Below are positions 25,237 through 39,989 of a DNA stretch of 64,000 bases, piece by piece. The notes beneath the pieces are model-generated. The model saw only the letters and a program-made list of their open reading frames with translations, made no database searches and was not told where the DNA came from. The stretch is from Nageia nagi. Lineage: Eukaryota > Plantae > Pinophyta. The DNA is taken from positions 67,084,001 through 67,148,000 of the forward strand of contig JBITNC010000001.1 of NCBI GenBank assembly GCA_050084985.1. Direction: 5' to 3'. The translations under genes and the position numbers were made by a program. Every line of letters starts with the position of its first letter. The stretch's first letter is position 1.

Positions 25237-28200
25237 TGTCAGGATGGAAACCTTTCCTACCTGCCTATGATCGCTTACACACGATCGAGAAGGGGAAACC
25301 ACCCAACATTTAGATGAGATAACGTAACTTACCTCCTCTTGAAAGAACTGAAACACGAAGGTTTATTCACGTTCTAATTTTTATGTTTTTTTTCACGGAA
25401 AAGGTGTTTTTGTGATGTTTGAAAGTTGTTTTGGTTGTAGAAAAGAAGAATCCAAAAAGATAAAATAAGCAAATAAAACAAAGAAAAATGTGAGAATGAT
25501 CAAATACTTGTTAGATCACAAGGCAAATATCACAACCTTGGTGAGACGCTTTATAATCTAATTTAAAGTGAGTGACTATTGTCTAATGAGCTTTGAATCT
25601 AGAGCATAAAGTGAAACTGATTGTCGGTACTCTACTAATAGGACAAATACAATGAAAGCAACCTAGCGTAAAAAGTGTGCTTTGGAACCAAGTTTGAATG
25701 AAAGCTTCAAATACAATATAGAAAAGAAACAACCTTAGAATACATTTTGTTTAAAAGTGCAATAGGCAAAAGGTGATAAACATAGAGTAATTAAAATATT
25801 TTTTAAAATTTGAACTACTATTTTTTCCTCAAACTCTCAAGTTTTGAAGGAAAGATACAAAAATATTTGAATCATGTAAGAAGAAGGCCACGAAATTAAA
25901 CACATTCACCACTCCCCGTATGACAAATCTCTTGACAAAATAAGTCACCACTTTGTATTACAATGTAAAAGACTTACAAAAAAGTTTCCACAATTTTCTC
26001 CTTTTACAAAAAATTTGAACTTGTTCACAAAATATTCATTCTACATAAAAGTGACCCCATAGGGTCTATTTATAAAATTTCTAGGGTTTCCTAGTGTTAC
26101 CCTAATTCTATAAAGAAAATATTAAAATATTACATAATTTCCTCTTACAACTAGGCTGATTTTTGGTGCTCTCTTGCCCGGTTGATTGATCATGAGAGCA
26201 AGGTTAGTCAAGTTTTGATGCGCAACTTTCCCGACTGGCTGATTTGTTGGTTTGCAGTTTGCATGTGCGATGCAATGATCATCTCGATGTTGCTCCCCAT
26301 GAAGCTTTCAATGTTTTTGAATCCTGTGTTGAGAATTTCCATAACTCCCTCACTCACCAACATATACGTAATCTGCTTGTCAAATTTGACAACATTAATG
26401 TCAAATTCATCTAGCTACACCATACTACCATATCATTACGGTAATAATCAGCTAGATTTCATTTATTATTGTGGCATAGTACTTACTACATCCATCTTGC
26501 TTGATTAGCCATAGATCAAACTGGTAATCTGCTAGTTGTTTCTTCATGTCATCCTTGAAATTTGTTAAGACTTGGATGAAATCCTGAAACTTTGAAATAA
26601 CATATAACAACCAATCATATTGGTAAAAACAATAATGACAACATTCCAATAGTATTGGCATGCCATTAGCCTTTCTTCTTAGATCATGCATCATTTAATA
26701 GCTATTGCCCCAACTGATAATCAATTCATGGATCATGCCTTGTACGACGAACAATCTACCCTCCTCGATAAAGAAATTAGTTATTACTAGGAATAACTCC
26801 TAAATGGTCAACTTTTTATGTTTGACCAATTCTCTTTTAAGCTCCTTGAACTCTATCTTCTATGACGTGTTTTCCTCTATTAGTGCCATAGCATTTGTGA
26901 CCATTACATGTTGCCTACCAAAAGTTCCTATGTTTTTACACAGCTCTTCCCTTGTTTCCACCACTAACGCAAATCCCCCACTGGAAATTTTTTAATTCCT
27001 ACAACAACGATATCAATGATGATGGAGTTATCCTTCATCGAGACATAAGTGGCTATATGTTCAAGTTCAGTATCTGAATTTTGATTGGTTTCAATGACAA
27101 CACAGGCTTCAAATGGGTCGTACGCTCTCAAATTGTTCAAAAATGCCTTCATATCGAAATTGTAACTTGGTTCAAGATTAGCAGTTGTGCCCACTTGTCT
27201 CTCACAATTCCCTTGATCTTAATCCTCCCTCCCTTTCCTTTCATCTTTGTTTTTACCTTCATCCTCCTCATTTCCTTTATCCCCTCTTGATGAGTAAGTT
27301 ATTCCCTTAGATGCTAAGGTCCTTCTTGGAGCAATTGGTGGAGGTTTTCTCTAAGGTGGAGGTGTAAAGGTAGGTCTTGTAGCTTGTACGTGTTCTTCCA
27401 CAGTAGGAGGATCTATGGTCAGTATCTCCTCGACTGATGAATCTGATTCATTATCTGAGATATAAGGTATTTCTAATATTTGCCAATCTTCCAAGGGTTC
27501 TCTTAAGAGTTGTCCTTTTGTCAATCTCATATCCATCCTCGCTTTCACTAGAAGACGGACGAACTGGAGAACTAGGGCCAGAATAACATAATTGTCCATC
27601 TCGAGATGGACCTTTAGGAGGGTCTACCACTAGCTTCATGAAGCATTTGTATGGGTGTGAAGTGTTACCAACCTCTTTAGTGTTCTTTATCTCTTGTGAT
27701 AATCCTTGTATGGTCTGATCAATAGTTTGCTCTGGTTGAACAATGATTGTAACATATTGACGAAACTACCCTTGTTTCAACCTCACATAAGGTGAAATTG
27801 ATGGAGGCACATACAAAATCTAGGGATTCCCTTTAAAGATTATCAAAGGATGTAATCTTGCTATCGCATTCTCCTTTGGCAGACCACTTTTCTACTTCTT
27901 CTTGCTTATTGTCTTTAAAAGCTTTTTTTCGTTGCCAAGTCCTTGTTTACTTCATTGATCTACTTTGTATCATTTACATTTATGTACCTCTCGAGCTTTC
28001 CTAAGGACTGGTGGCACCTTTCATACACCAAAGTTTCTACAAAGTTCATTCAGTATGAATCGATCACTTGCATAAGGAGGAAGTCTGAAAGGTGGCTCAA
28101 TTGACCCGTAGACGCTCATGTATATGGCATCTCATTCTTTTAGATAAAAATCTCCATGCCCTTGAAGACCTTGGTTTGTCACCTCTGATATTATATTCAT

Positions 28201-30969
28201 ATTAACAGTTCCCTTTAGTTGCTTGTATATTCGACACTTAAATCCATTATTCATCATTATGAATTTGTCCCACAATCTTTCTAGCTGAAATCTAGGGTAG
28301 CTCTACCATATTGGCATTTTTGGGTCAAACAGGTACGTAGTATCTGCTATGGCAAATTTTCTATTCTTGCCATCTAGGAGCACAAATACCAAGTAAGAGC
28401 TCATGTAAAACCTTTTGATCTAAACGAGTTGCAACAAATATTCGGTGATGCAATCACTAATCACATTGCTTCATCTGATCTCTTTGCCTCGATTAATCTG
28501 ATGTGTGAAGCCCATGAACTTCATGAAACGTTGGTCATTCTATCGCCTAGTTATTTTAGACAACATGCTAATGATGGTAGAGATTGTCGGATAGAAGTTT
28601 ATTCTCCTTGGTTGGCTTAAGGCCTTTGCCTTGTAGTCTTTGCTTTCATCATCCAATCGATCTCTTATCAAGTTCCTCGGATTTGTCATGTTGTTGAAGA
28701 ATTTAATGGAGTCCACCATACTGAATATGATTCCCTCATTGTCCCAGGCAAAGGCACTCTCTATTACTTCCATCGAGAAATCTAGTATCTTACTACCTTC
28801 ATCGTTGTTGAGGATCCTCTCCTTGCTGTAGTATCTAGCTACTACAAGGTACAATTCTGGGAATGGATCGGTATATGGGATCATACAAGCTTCAAGGATT
28901 CTAACCTGAGCAAGTGTGTTGTTCAGCAAACGTTCATATGGGATCTTGGCCATATTTTCAAATGACTTGACTGGGTAAATGGATGCCCAATTTGTGTATA
29001 TGATATAACAAAGGTCATCTCTTCGATTGCAAGGAAAGCAATCCTCCTTCATTTTTCTAGGGTGATCACGCTAATTTGGCCCATGTATTTGTTTTTTGAA
29101 AGGTTTTGCCAACTTTCAAGCTTGGAAAGATGACGAAGCAAAGTGCGTATTCCAACTTCGTTCGATGGAAGTGAATGATGGAGGTTGCTCTCCTATATGA
29201 GGTCTATCACTTTGGCATTCACTTTAAAGTTTGCATCCTTCAAAATTTTGTATTTTTTGGCCTTGAAAATACATTTTTTTATGTTTTTTAATGTTCTTTT
29301 CGAAAAGCTTGAAAATGACGAAAAGACAGCAGGGTTCAAAATTTGGAAAAAATTTAAAAAGTGGATATGACCTTATGGATGGGTAGAAGATGAGATTCTA
29401 AAATTTTTGAAAAAAATTGAAAAGGTTTGCAGATATCTTTGATCTTGTGAGCAAATTTGAAGTTCTTGATTAAGTCTAGGAGGTTTTGTGAGGACTTTGC
29501 TTAAAAATGGGTGCATGGAGGCTCAAGGAGCAAATGAAAGGCTTAAGGGGGGATTTATAGGGTTTTTGAGCCTTTTGCATTTTCCTTAGTGGTATTTGGA
29601 AACTTTTGGAAAACTTGCTTAATTTTGAAATTTTCAAGATCCAAATGTGTTTGCAATCATGTTTTCCTTGGTCCCAAGCACTTAAACTTGATTTTTGGAA
29701 AAAAAATTCCATTTTGTCATTCTAGGTGCTATTTTTAATGCCAATGGATTTGGAAAACTTTAGAAACTTGTGTCTTACTTTCTGGGGGCTTTACTTGCTC
29801 AAATCCAAAAAAAATTGAGAGCTAATGTGGCTTAGAACCATCATTTCCACTCATTCATGCATTTCTATTTCATTTTTTATGCATTTCAACGTTTCCTCTA
29901 CTATATAGGTGCCAAAATGCACTTCTATGGATTTCTCATAGGCTTTAAAAACTACGCCTAACATTTGAGTTCTTAAGACATGGTCAAAATTGAAAATTTC
30001 AAGTCGTAATTGTGATAGAATTCACCTTGTCTCTTTCAATATGCTCTTAGACTTGAATTCTTATACCATTTACATTTATATATGAGAAATATGCACCATT
30101 TTTTCCTTACTTGGGTCTTCAACACCTTGGAAAAATGCGTTTAGCGACGAGGGTACTGAAACTTTCACTTTCAATCCATTTCGAACTCAATTCGTGCATT
30201 TTATGCCACTCTTGACATTTTCGAGCTCAAAATCGATCAAAACACCCTTTTTGGCACCTCCGATCTCAAACTCTACATTTTCAATAATTTTTGAGCTCAA
30301 ACGATGCAAAAACAACCATTTCTGGCTTTCCAAATTTTCGAGCATTTTTGGCCATTATGGGCTCAACTCATTAGTTTTTGTCATTTCTAAACTTTTGGGA
30401 CACAAATTCTGTAAAAACGCATATTTTTACTAGACTAACCATTTTTGTGCTCAATTATAAAAACACGCTTTTCTAGCATACTTGCCCTTTTCAAGCTTTC
30501 TGAGGTCAACATTGACAAAAACATCCATTTTTGTCATCCTTGTCATTTTTACTGCACCCAAACTAAATTGTGATAAAAATGTGCCTTTTTGTTACCTAGG
30601 GACGTTTATGCTCAAGTTTTGAAAAAATTGCCTTTCTATTGCGCTAGACACTTGTCAACTCAATCTCTACAAAAAGTACCTTTTCCATCATGTTGGTAAC
30701 TTTGTGAAAAACTCCTTTCTTGGTCGTTGTCGTTATCTAAACCTCCATCCTGCTTTATGTTGCTTGAAGCCATGCCATGAATGGCCTTGCTACACACTAA
30801 ACTACCTTGGTGCCTTCAAGATACTTTCATGCACTGCTTCATCACTTGGCCACTTTGATTCTCCATTCTAGACGTCGTCTAGTCATCTTCAGGCAATGTC
30901 GTCTATTGTCTTCAAAAATGTAAGGTCCGCAAAGTGTTGTATCTTAAGGTGTGTTGTGCAGGCACAACA
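25237..30969 (-). mobile_element. Unit A: 5733-bp ORF-X-bearing solo-LTR-like element
   Basis: TGTCAG...ACAACA with perfect TSD AAACT (25232-25236 and 30970-30974), inserted in Copia RT. No terminal direct repeat and no gag/pol motifs. Minus TATAAATA at 26074-26067. Confidence 0.9.
26140..29090 (-). pseudogene. ORF-X copy in unit A (~980 codons, decayed)
   Basis: ACMIPYTDPFPELYLVVARYY..IESAFAW (ORF 28540-29052); VISDCI..FYMSSYLVFVL; GHGDFYL..YMSVYGSIEPPFRLPPYASD; acidic/Pro-rich middle; C-terminal FIEEGRLFVVQGMIHELIISW. Confidence 0.85.
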
Positions 30970-31524
30970 AAACTCTAAAACGAACATTACATATATTATT
31001 TCATTTGTATCAATGTATATATGAGTGCTCCTTTGGAAATTCACAACTAAGTCATGTGAAAGATACAATTGATTTTGGCATTCATTGCTACAAGAATGAT
31101 GAGGTAAAATTGGTTGGCTCTAGTGATTCTAACTAACGAAACAATTTAGATGATAGAAAGTCGACATCCAAAAATTCCTTGTCTTGATTCAGGATTGATA
31201 ACATAAAGCGTTGGAAAAAAGTATAGTTGCTTTATATTCTATAGAAGTTCACTTCAGTTGCTTTATATTCTAGAAACAACCTTGTTTTCTGACAACAAGA
31301 GTGTCATTCAATTAAGAAAGAACCAAATCCACCACAACAAATCCAAACACTTTGATTTGAAGTACATCTTCATTAGGGATATTGTGGAGAAAAACCATCA
31401 TTGAACAAAGGCATTGTAACACCCTTGGAAATATTACCAGTATTTTTATGAAAAAGGTTGTCGAGGCTCAATTTTTGAAGCTGAGGAACTATGTGGTAAT
31501 TCCATTCAATATCAACGGGGAGCA

Positions 31525-32084
31525 TGTTAGAAATTGAGCTAAGGTGACCAGGAAATTCACTTGTTTTCGATATTATGTCCTAGTTACTAACAAAACACAT
31601 TATGTTAGGTTGTTTCATCAAGAAATGTAGGTACATTTTGTACCCAGTACATTTCACTTCTAGAACATGTGGTTGTTTCACAAACGTACATGCATTTCAT
31701 TAGATCAAACAAATCTTTTCATTGTTTTTAATGTTTTCCTAGTATTTGTGTGTTTTGGCATTTTCTTGGCTTGTTTGACCAATGCATGGCTTGTGGGTTG
31801 TAGTTATAACCATCAAGAACTTGTAGGATTATTTTGTAGTAGTTTGTTGTGTGATACATAAGGATTTTACATTATATTATAATTGATTCAGTTGACTTTT
31901 CAAATGATTAGAACTTCATACTCAAAACAATCATATTTGTAATCTAGTTCTTTCATAGAACTATAAATATGTAATCTCTTATTTGTTTAATAGATCAATG
32001 AGCATATTACTCATCCTCGAGATCTAAACCCAATTGATGTATTTTGTTGATTTTCAGTGTATTCAACTAAACCTCACAATAACA
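31525..32084 (+). repeat. 3' LTR of the Copia host
   Basis: PPT GGGGAG (31517-31522), then TGTTA...TAACA inverted termini. CTATAAATA at ~31961. Confidence 0.7.
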
Positions 32085-32089
32085 ATGAG

Positions 32090-32700
32090 GCATTTTTTCT
32101 TTCATCCCACTAGGAAGATCATAACACATTTATTTTTTGCAAGGAAATATTGAGTGTCTTAGTTGCACTAAATCAACATATGTTGTATGTGAAGACCATA
32201 TAGTTGTAATCTCAAAAGATGAAGTTTGTAACAATGTTTTTCAGCAATATATAAAGTGTTTTAAATCATCTTTGACATTCATATTGTGAGTATTTGTTTC
32301 CATTCACTCTATTTATTTGCTTTCATGAGAAACATGTTATCATTTGTTTTTCGTAGTAAAAGCAACAAGCTTTTGGTGGTTATTTTCCTTTTCCTCACAC
32401 CTCTATTTGTTATGAATATTTTACCATTAAAAAGTTATTTTATGAACATTTTTGATAATATATATCATACCATACTTTGTGTGAGATTTACCACCCTTTT
32501 CGTCATATCTTTCACAAACAGTCAACTCAACCGAAAATAGTCTCACAATTTATAAGCCTTAATATTGCTAAGAATCATTAGAGTTTTGTTAATCCATTTG
32601 TATTGAATCATACACCATTGAAAAGCCCTTTTTAGTTGCTTTCCAACCATATATAACACGACCCCGTTTTATCTTAAGTCATCGCCAAATCATCACTCTA
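32090..32700 (-). mobile_element. Possible hAT transposase (DUF659-like) remnant
   Basis: Weak minus fragments MFLMKA and FTYNIC*FSATKTLNISLQKI resembling the hAT W..C..H.LNL.L..I motif. Confidence 0.3.
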
Positions 32701-33099
32701 AACATGACCTTATATTTTGGTGACAAACTATAACATTGGATATCTCTAATTGAGCTCTTTCCTAGCATATATAACAAGGTATACTTTTCTAAATTTTTAT
32801 TTTGGTGAATAGGTCGATATATTTTAGGTTATTTGGAAACCCAAACTTCAAAGGTTGATTATCAAAGCTCTCCAAATTTTTTTGCGATTCATAAGTAACT
32901 CGTTGGAAAGATACTATGTATAAATATTCATGTTTTCTATTCGTTCATCCTAGCAGCCATTTCAATCTTCAGAATCATATATTCTAACGTCGACAACCAA
33001 CATAGGAGTTCACTAAGCCATAGAGCTTCATCATACATCAATGTAGCTTGAGGAGACTCTTACACATCAACAAAAATTAGTTAGCCATGATTCTCTAGT

Positions 33100-36000
33100 A
33101 GGTATTGGAGCTCTTAAAACCCATTAGCTAGTGTTTTGATTATTGGTATCAAAGTTTACTTATGTTCAAGATTATTCTCAAGCATACCCAATGTAGAGAA
33201 ACATAAATCTTCAATTGATATCAAAGCTAGATTCATATTTCACATGGAGAACATTCAAATTGGCGAGTATTAAAACTTTCATTTTCCTTATTAATGTCAG
33301 GCAATGCAAGAATTTGATTAAAAAAATAACATTACTTTTTCCCTTGATGATCAACCCATCAATTATGAAGAAGATAGTTGCTACCATAGTCAACATGCAA
33401 TCCCTACATAAACTGAACCAAATGGGTCTAGTTGTAGTAAAATATAACAATGTCTTCAGGTCACTCACTAAAGTGTCATTTGACTATAAAGTAACTTATT
33501 CAGTCAACTTGGTTCTACCTTGAAAAATGCTTTTATCTACCACAAATCAATTTTAGAAAATGATAAGATCATGAGGCAAATTCAAGAGTTCATTTAAAAG
33601 GTCCGTCTCAAATAAAGTTCTTCACCATGTTGTAGTCTAAATGTCCTAGCCTCAAAGGAATATAAGACATGTAGAGTATTAAGCACTGAACAAGCTCATT
33701 ATGAAGAATTATTATTTGCTCTTAGGTAGATGAGTTGTTAGATAAACTTCATGGGCAACGTTCACCAAAATTGATTTCAAGGTTAGTTATCATCAGGTAC
33801 CCATCGACCACACTATTGTTTGAAAGACCATATTCAAATCCAAAGAGAGTTTATTCAAATATTTGGTTATGCCATTTGACATGACTAATGGACTTGCAAC
33901 TTGCATGAAGATGGTGGATGATATTATATGACCCTTTACCAACACATTTGTGTTTTCTTACTTAAATGATATTGCCATCTATAGTAGAACTTGGAAGCAA
34001 TACTTGAATCATCTTCGAGAGGTGCTCTGAACTATTTAGAACACATTGTATGTAGATTTGTATAAGTACATATTTGCAAAGAAGAAAATTCATTACCTTG
34101 GGGTGCATTTTTAATGAAGTCGTCCATATTGATCCAAAAAATATTTGAATAATTTGACAGTAATCTACCACAAAGATTCTCATAAAGCTTCATAGTATCT
34201 TACATCTTGCCAATTTCTATTGAAGATTTATGTTTGGGTTCTCACATATTACATGGACATTAAACCAAGTAAGAAAAGGAGCTAAACCAAGTTCCAATGG
34301 CGAGATACACAACAAAAAGCATTTAAGAAGCTAAAGGAGTAATTTTCTCAACACCTACTATTACCTTTCGTAATCTGCAACAACTCTTTGAGTTGATGAT
34401 TGATGCATTAGAATATACGAAGGTAGTTGTTCTCACACTATGTGGACACCATGTTGCATATCACAAGGAAACACTCAATGGAGTAATTTGAAAATATCCC
34501 ACATATGACAAGAAGATCTATGCCATTTTTCAACCTTTTAGACAATGGAAACACTATATCTTGGGCAAACACCCTTGAAATTCTTTCAAACATGGTGAGA
34601 AAAGGGAGACGTCCAAAGCAGGCCACAAATCAACAACAATTTCATTTAATAAACAAAAATTAGAAAGGAAATGCTAATTCGATAGCAAATTGTTTGAATT
34701 GACCATCAATTATGTCACAAACCACCATTCTTGATGTATGTACACATGAGACTTCTAATTCATTAACCTTGTATAAAGTTGATTATGATTTTGTTGATAC
34801 ATATTGAGATCTGAAGGCAAGTAAGCATGATTTTAATCCTTTTTTGCATAATGATCTCTTTTATTGCATGGAACACATCTATGTATCATGTGGTGAGCGA
34901 CAAAAGATGATGTGGGAAGCACATACCAATATACTAGCCGGTCTCTTTAATGTGGAGAGGGCATTGCTAGTTCCTCAAAGTACTTTCATTGCCCTAAGAT
35001 GAGTAATGATGTTGAGAAATACATCAAATATTGTACCACCTTGTGTTATTACCAAGCCAATGAACATAAAATAATGATTGTATAAATCATTGTCGGTGCC
35101 CACTAAACATTGGTAATCTATCTCAATGGATTTTCTCTCATTTATTTTTTAGGTTTTCAAAAATGGCTATTATGATTGCTTGTAACAAAATCACTTTAAC
35201 AAAAGAGACTGTCAAGTTTTATTTCAACCACATATGGATTAGATAAGGAAAGCAAATTTTTGAGCATTTTGTAGTGTATTCTTTGGGATATAATATACAC
35301 TAAGTTGATCAAGTCCATAACCTTCAATTATTAGATTGATCGATAAACCAAGGTCATGAATCGACTGACTATACATATGCCTCAAATGTATAACTCAAAG
35401 CATCCAAAAACATCATATTAAAGCCTATTTTGCGTCCAACATGGGTATAGCCACCCTTTTCACAATTTAATCAACAACAACCCATTTCATGTATGCTTCG
35501 GGTTTCATCCTTTAGTACCCATTGATATAGCATTTTCAACACAAATCATAGAGTATACAACACATGGACAAAAAGAACTAAAAGGAGCAACAAAGCTCAT
35601 AGAATAAAATCATCATACTTAACAAGTAGATGATTTATGATAGAATGCGAATGAGAAGCATAAGCACATTGTGAACAACATCGTATTCCAAACAAATTTA
35701 AAATTGGAGAATTACTTTGATTGAGACTTCAAAAGGAGAGACATGCAAGATCACATAGAAAGACCAAACCCCTACATTATGGACATCACACCATCACGAA
35801 GAAAGTGGGAGCAAATGCTTTCATGTTGCATCTACCATACTATCTTGGTCTACATCACATCTTCAACATGGAGACTCTCAATCCCTATCATCCACCTCTA
35901 TTTGGACATTTTAGTAGTAACAGAACAAGTGAGGATTGAAGAAAACAATGACTAAGATCACAAGGAGAGAATTTATTAAGATGCAAAAAGTAATCAATGA

Positions 36001-36850
36001 AAGAATAAACTTGAATTGAAACACTCTAAGATTGTTTATTCAGCAAATTCGAAGTAGAACTTATAGGCCTTCAATGAGTAACTGATCTGAGTTCATTGAG
36101 TTTACAACTTTGACAAAAATGCATGTTGAGAACAGTTACACAAATCCACTAAAACATAATCAAATTAGCTAAATGGAAGTTACATTCATGCTCTGGACCA
36201 CTCTTCCATCATCCTAGACAAGTAACAAATCCTACAAGAACGTGCAATGAGGAAAAACGGATCAAAAACCATTAATAACTCGTAACTGTCCAGGAACTCT
36301 GTCAAAACGCAAGGGGTCTCTAGAAACGCAGTCGCGTTATAGAGAGCAGGCAAAACGCAGTCGCTCGGAATAAAACACGATCGCATTTCAAAATGAGTCA
36401 AAGAATCAAATAAAGCAAGTTCCACGCTTGGTACCAAGTCTTAACACAATGTAGACCATTTCATCTCAAGGGGCGACAACTAATGTAGGTGGATCTCTAC
36501 AAATTAGGTAGTGATACAATAAATAAAATTTGCTATCTAAAAATCGCATATTTTTTACAACCCAAAGTCCATGTGACATTAACTAATGTAATATTCATTT
36601 AATGTTTTCTTGTAACTTGCAAAAAGTGAGCCACGACATTTGATTATGGTGACCTAATACCTTCTGTGAGTTTCTATATAACTAGAGGTATCTCGAATGC
36701 AAAATATTAACAAGAAGCAATAACATAGCCTAGTAACATATAAAACATATCTTGCGAAGTTAGTTTTGCGCTTGGCTTAAAATTGTAGCTACTAATATAT
36801 GTTGATTCACTCTTGTCTTTCAACGTAACACTAATTTCAACGTAACACTA
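33100..36850 (+). mobile_element. Degenerate Ty3/Gypsy pol (RT-RNase H-integrase), PPT and 3' LTR
   Basis: FTKID..SYHQV, YLVMPFDMTN, SYLNDIAIYS (~33770-33990); KYPTYDKKIYAI..QWKHYILG (~34490-34565); SISMDF; integrase tail RLQKER..KPLHYG..VGANAFMLHLP..LHHIFNM (35721-35939). Purine run ~36468 then TGTAGG at 36484. Confidence 0.9.
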
Positions 36851-39047
36851 ATTGTAAAGGGAGAAAATATTAAAATCCAAACACACATCACACAAAGGTT
36901 GTAAGTTTTGGTTTTAGACTTTAGATGTTATGAAACCTTGTTTCATCATTCAAATGGACTTCGATGTTCTACAAATTATTTGCATTCATCAATCCTCATT
37001 AAATCCATCTTATTAAAATTTATAACATGTAAATTGAAAAAGATTACATAACAAAGGCATTGGCAAATTTCACGCAATAAAAGCATTCAACAAATTTATA
37101 TTACAACACATCTCTAAGTAAACTAATAGAAAATTTCAATGATAAGCACAAAAAGCATTAGCTTGCATATGATCTCTTATATTTTGATAGATTATAAACT
37201 CTCATAGTATGAAAACCTGAAAAAAGAAATACCTGCTTGAATCTTTCCTTTGAGGTTGATATGTATAACACCCATTCCAATTAAGATTTGCCATCTTCAA
37301 AAACGTTTTGGACTCCTAATTATGTGAATTAAAATATAACATCCCAACTGGTAAAGGATGGGATAAATTTCTCTGACCATAAATTAAAAATGCAAGTCCT
37401 TTGAAGTATAATTGTAACTAAGGCACTATTTCTTAGAAAAACTGTCAAAACAATATGACAAAGGCTCTAGACATTCTATTTTGCATTGCTTATCTAAAAT
37501 TTTAATTCAGTTGTTAATTACTGTATTGCAAGCAATTCATAACGCAAAATAAATAGGGTGTCTTTATTTTGTTCAGTTTCATAATTATATATCTTATGGC
37601 TGTATTTTTCACAGACTTTCAAGGTGAAAAAATATTCATTCTGCACTTTGTTCCGAGTGGTTCAAGCAAGACAGGATATAAGATCCAAAGAGATCAAGGA
37701 TGAATCACAAGCGTAAAAATCTATATCTTCAAGATCATGAAAGATGGCTCATTTACATATTACAGGATATAGATAATAGATACATCTCAAAAACTGTGTC
37801 TTCCGTCCTAAAAACGTTTATTAGGTTGAATTAATTTCTTAAGAACAATCTCCTCACTGAAAACTAGCCAACTTGCAAAACGTTGTGGGCTTGCATTTAT
37901 TTCCATTCTGGAGGATCACAATAATTCATTTTATACGGAGCAACAAAAGGACCTTCCAATACCCCCAAAGGCTGCGTTCAATTCATTCCACAAATGCCAT
38001 AGAGATATTGATTTATATATACATATTCAAAATCACAATTTGGTCATTATTATATTATATTTAGATGACTTGTTCATTACTTCCAACCTGGCACGTTTTT
38101 ATAGTAGTGTGTAATAAAGGAGGACTTGGGTTTTCATTATCTTACCCTATGTTTAAGATTGAAAATATTCTTACTGAGAAAAAGACCATCAATAATCACA
38201 CAGCACAAACATAAAATTCAACATCAACATAAGTCGTTGCATTTATTTCTTGTCAAATACGTTAATAAAAATCCCTTAATTTTTAGAAGCTGAGATCCTA
38301 GTTACAATCAAGATAGGAATAGAAGCTACTTAGGAGGAGATTGTGTCATCTTTGAATTTATAACTTGTGTTGCTACATGTTTGTGTAGACGGACATCGAC
38401 CCAAAACTTATGTCAATACAAGTTGTGGAAACAATGTTTTACATCTGACATATATTTTACCATGATTTTGCTGTCAGCAACAATTTTGTCCTTTTTGTAT
38501 GTTCAAGCCAATTACAACTAATCTTTGTTTCCTAGTGGAAGCTGACATGAAAAGTCCTTATGGATAAGCATTTTCACATTCCAGTAATCCCACATTTGAA
38601 ATTCCTGGATGTGAAAGATGATTGGATATTGATATTGATATTTTATTTTTCGGTTGCAATATTTATATCATATATGTAGTATTCCGGGCATTTCTGCCAG
38701 CAGTGGTATTGAATTTAGAGATTATTGGATAAATATTTACAACTCCTAACGGAAGTCGAAGTGTTGTAGAAGAACAAAGGGGAATTTCAAGAAGAAACTT
38801 AAATCTCAAAAAGAAGTCCTTTCCTCCATGAAGAACAAATTTGAAGAAGAAAAAGAAGTGCATACCAAAAACAAAGGAAAAAACATTCACTTCACGAGAT
38901 GCAGTGGAAAGTTAAATTCACAATTCAAATGCTAGAAATCATTTAGGTCAAGTTTCAAACATTGAAAATGAAAGAGAAGTCAACATGGTAAGCTCAACAA
39001 AGTCTACTTCTAGTTCCACATAGAGTAATAGTGAATTATTCACAATT

Positions 39048-39150
39048 TTTTTGAAACATAGTAAACATTTTAGCTATGAGATTTTGAAGAAAAGGGGTTT
39101 GATGGCTATGGTCTTGGAACGAATAGCCAAGGAGTATGTGATGATCTCAA
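39048..39150 (+). pseudogene. Frameshifted G-patch-like motif
   Basis: FLKHSKHFSYEILKKR / GFDGYGLGTNSQGVCDDL with one frameshift; matches the G-patch pattern L.K.G...G.GLG...QG. Confidence 0.55.
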
Positions 39151-39228
39151 ACTAATGGATCATGCTCAAACGTGCCCTAGGAGGGGACGTTTGACAAGAA
39201 ATTTCGGATTTAGTCAATTCTACTCAAA

Positions 39229-39568
39229 CCTAAGTTGCATGAAACGTGGAAACGTTTCCGAAACGGACATGGAAATGTGACCACTCTAAAATCAGTACGT
39301 TGGGGGAAATGTGTAATATAAACAATAAAAAATATATATATCTTTGTTTTTTTTTAAAACCACATTAACTTGCAAAAAAAAAAAGAATGATACGCATAAA
39401 TAATATTTTAGAAGGATTGCAATGTCTATATTAACTCCCATAGATGATTACATGATGCAAAATCCAAAATAAGCCTTTATAGATGAGGCTTACAAGTTTA
39501 CAAGTTTCGTCCAATTTTCCAAGTTTCAAGAGGTTTCCAAAATGGAAACGTGACTGTTTTACAACTTT
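39229..39568. mobile_element. Probable MITE (hAT-like)
   Basis: Left CCTAAGTTGCATGAAACG, right TGTTTTACAACTT (imperfect inverted). Subterminal GGAAACG/CGTTTCC motifs at both ends, AT-rich core. No clear TSD. Confidence 0.5.
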
Positions 39569-39989
39569 CCTAAAACTTAGACTCAAAAATGTAAAAATAC
39601 TCCAACATCTAACAAGAATTGACATAATTACGAATTACAAACAAAAATAGCTCAAGCAACCCAACGTAGGAAAAAGAAAGCAATAACAGATTTTATACTA
39701 TGAAAATAGCACTGCAGATCCAACATCCAAGCAATAAGAGATTATGAGATGAAAAAGCACTCATCCTAAAACATGCACCCCCCACCTTAACAAAAATACT
39801 ACACCTCATTTCAGGCCAATCAAAAGGTGACATGTGGCAATGTCCAAAGTTATAAACAGAAAGTCACCGCTTCTATTTAATCACTTCATTTTGTTTAAGG
39901 CTTTCAACTTGCACCATTTCCAGGCATTGCAAAAGAACTACCAGAAAACAGTGCACCCAAGAGAAATAAGGATTTTTTGAAGACATCCA

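Larger units (their letters stand above)
12420..32084 (+). mobile_element. 5'-truncated Copia host in three pieces (12420-13702, 24398-25236, 30970-32084)
   Basis: Protease WIFDTDFSNHMT (~12530); WLWH.R..HLNF; integrase YFLTYINDYSRMCWVYLLK..PQ*NGVVERKN; KTYRL|YNP rejoined across the insertion; RT IDYEETF..VKSAFLNG, LYVDD; RNase H SDSN..DDRKSTS, KSKHFDLKYIFIRD. Confidence 0.92.

Noticed and set aside
36900-38700. Possible host-gene exons (several splice-like motifs)
   Set aside because: No consistent exon chain or recognisable peptide could be assembled.
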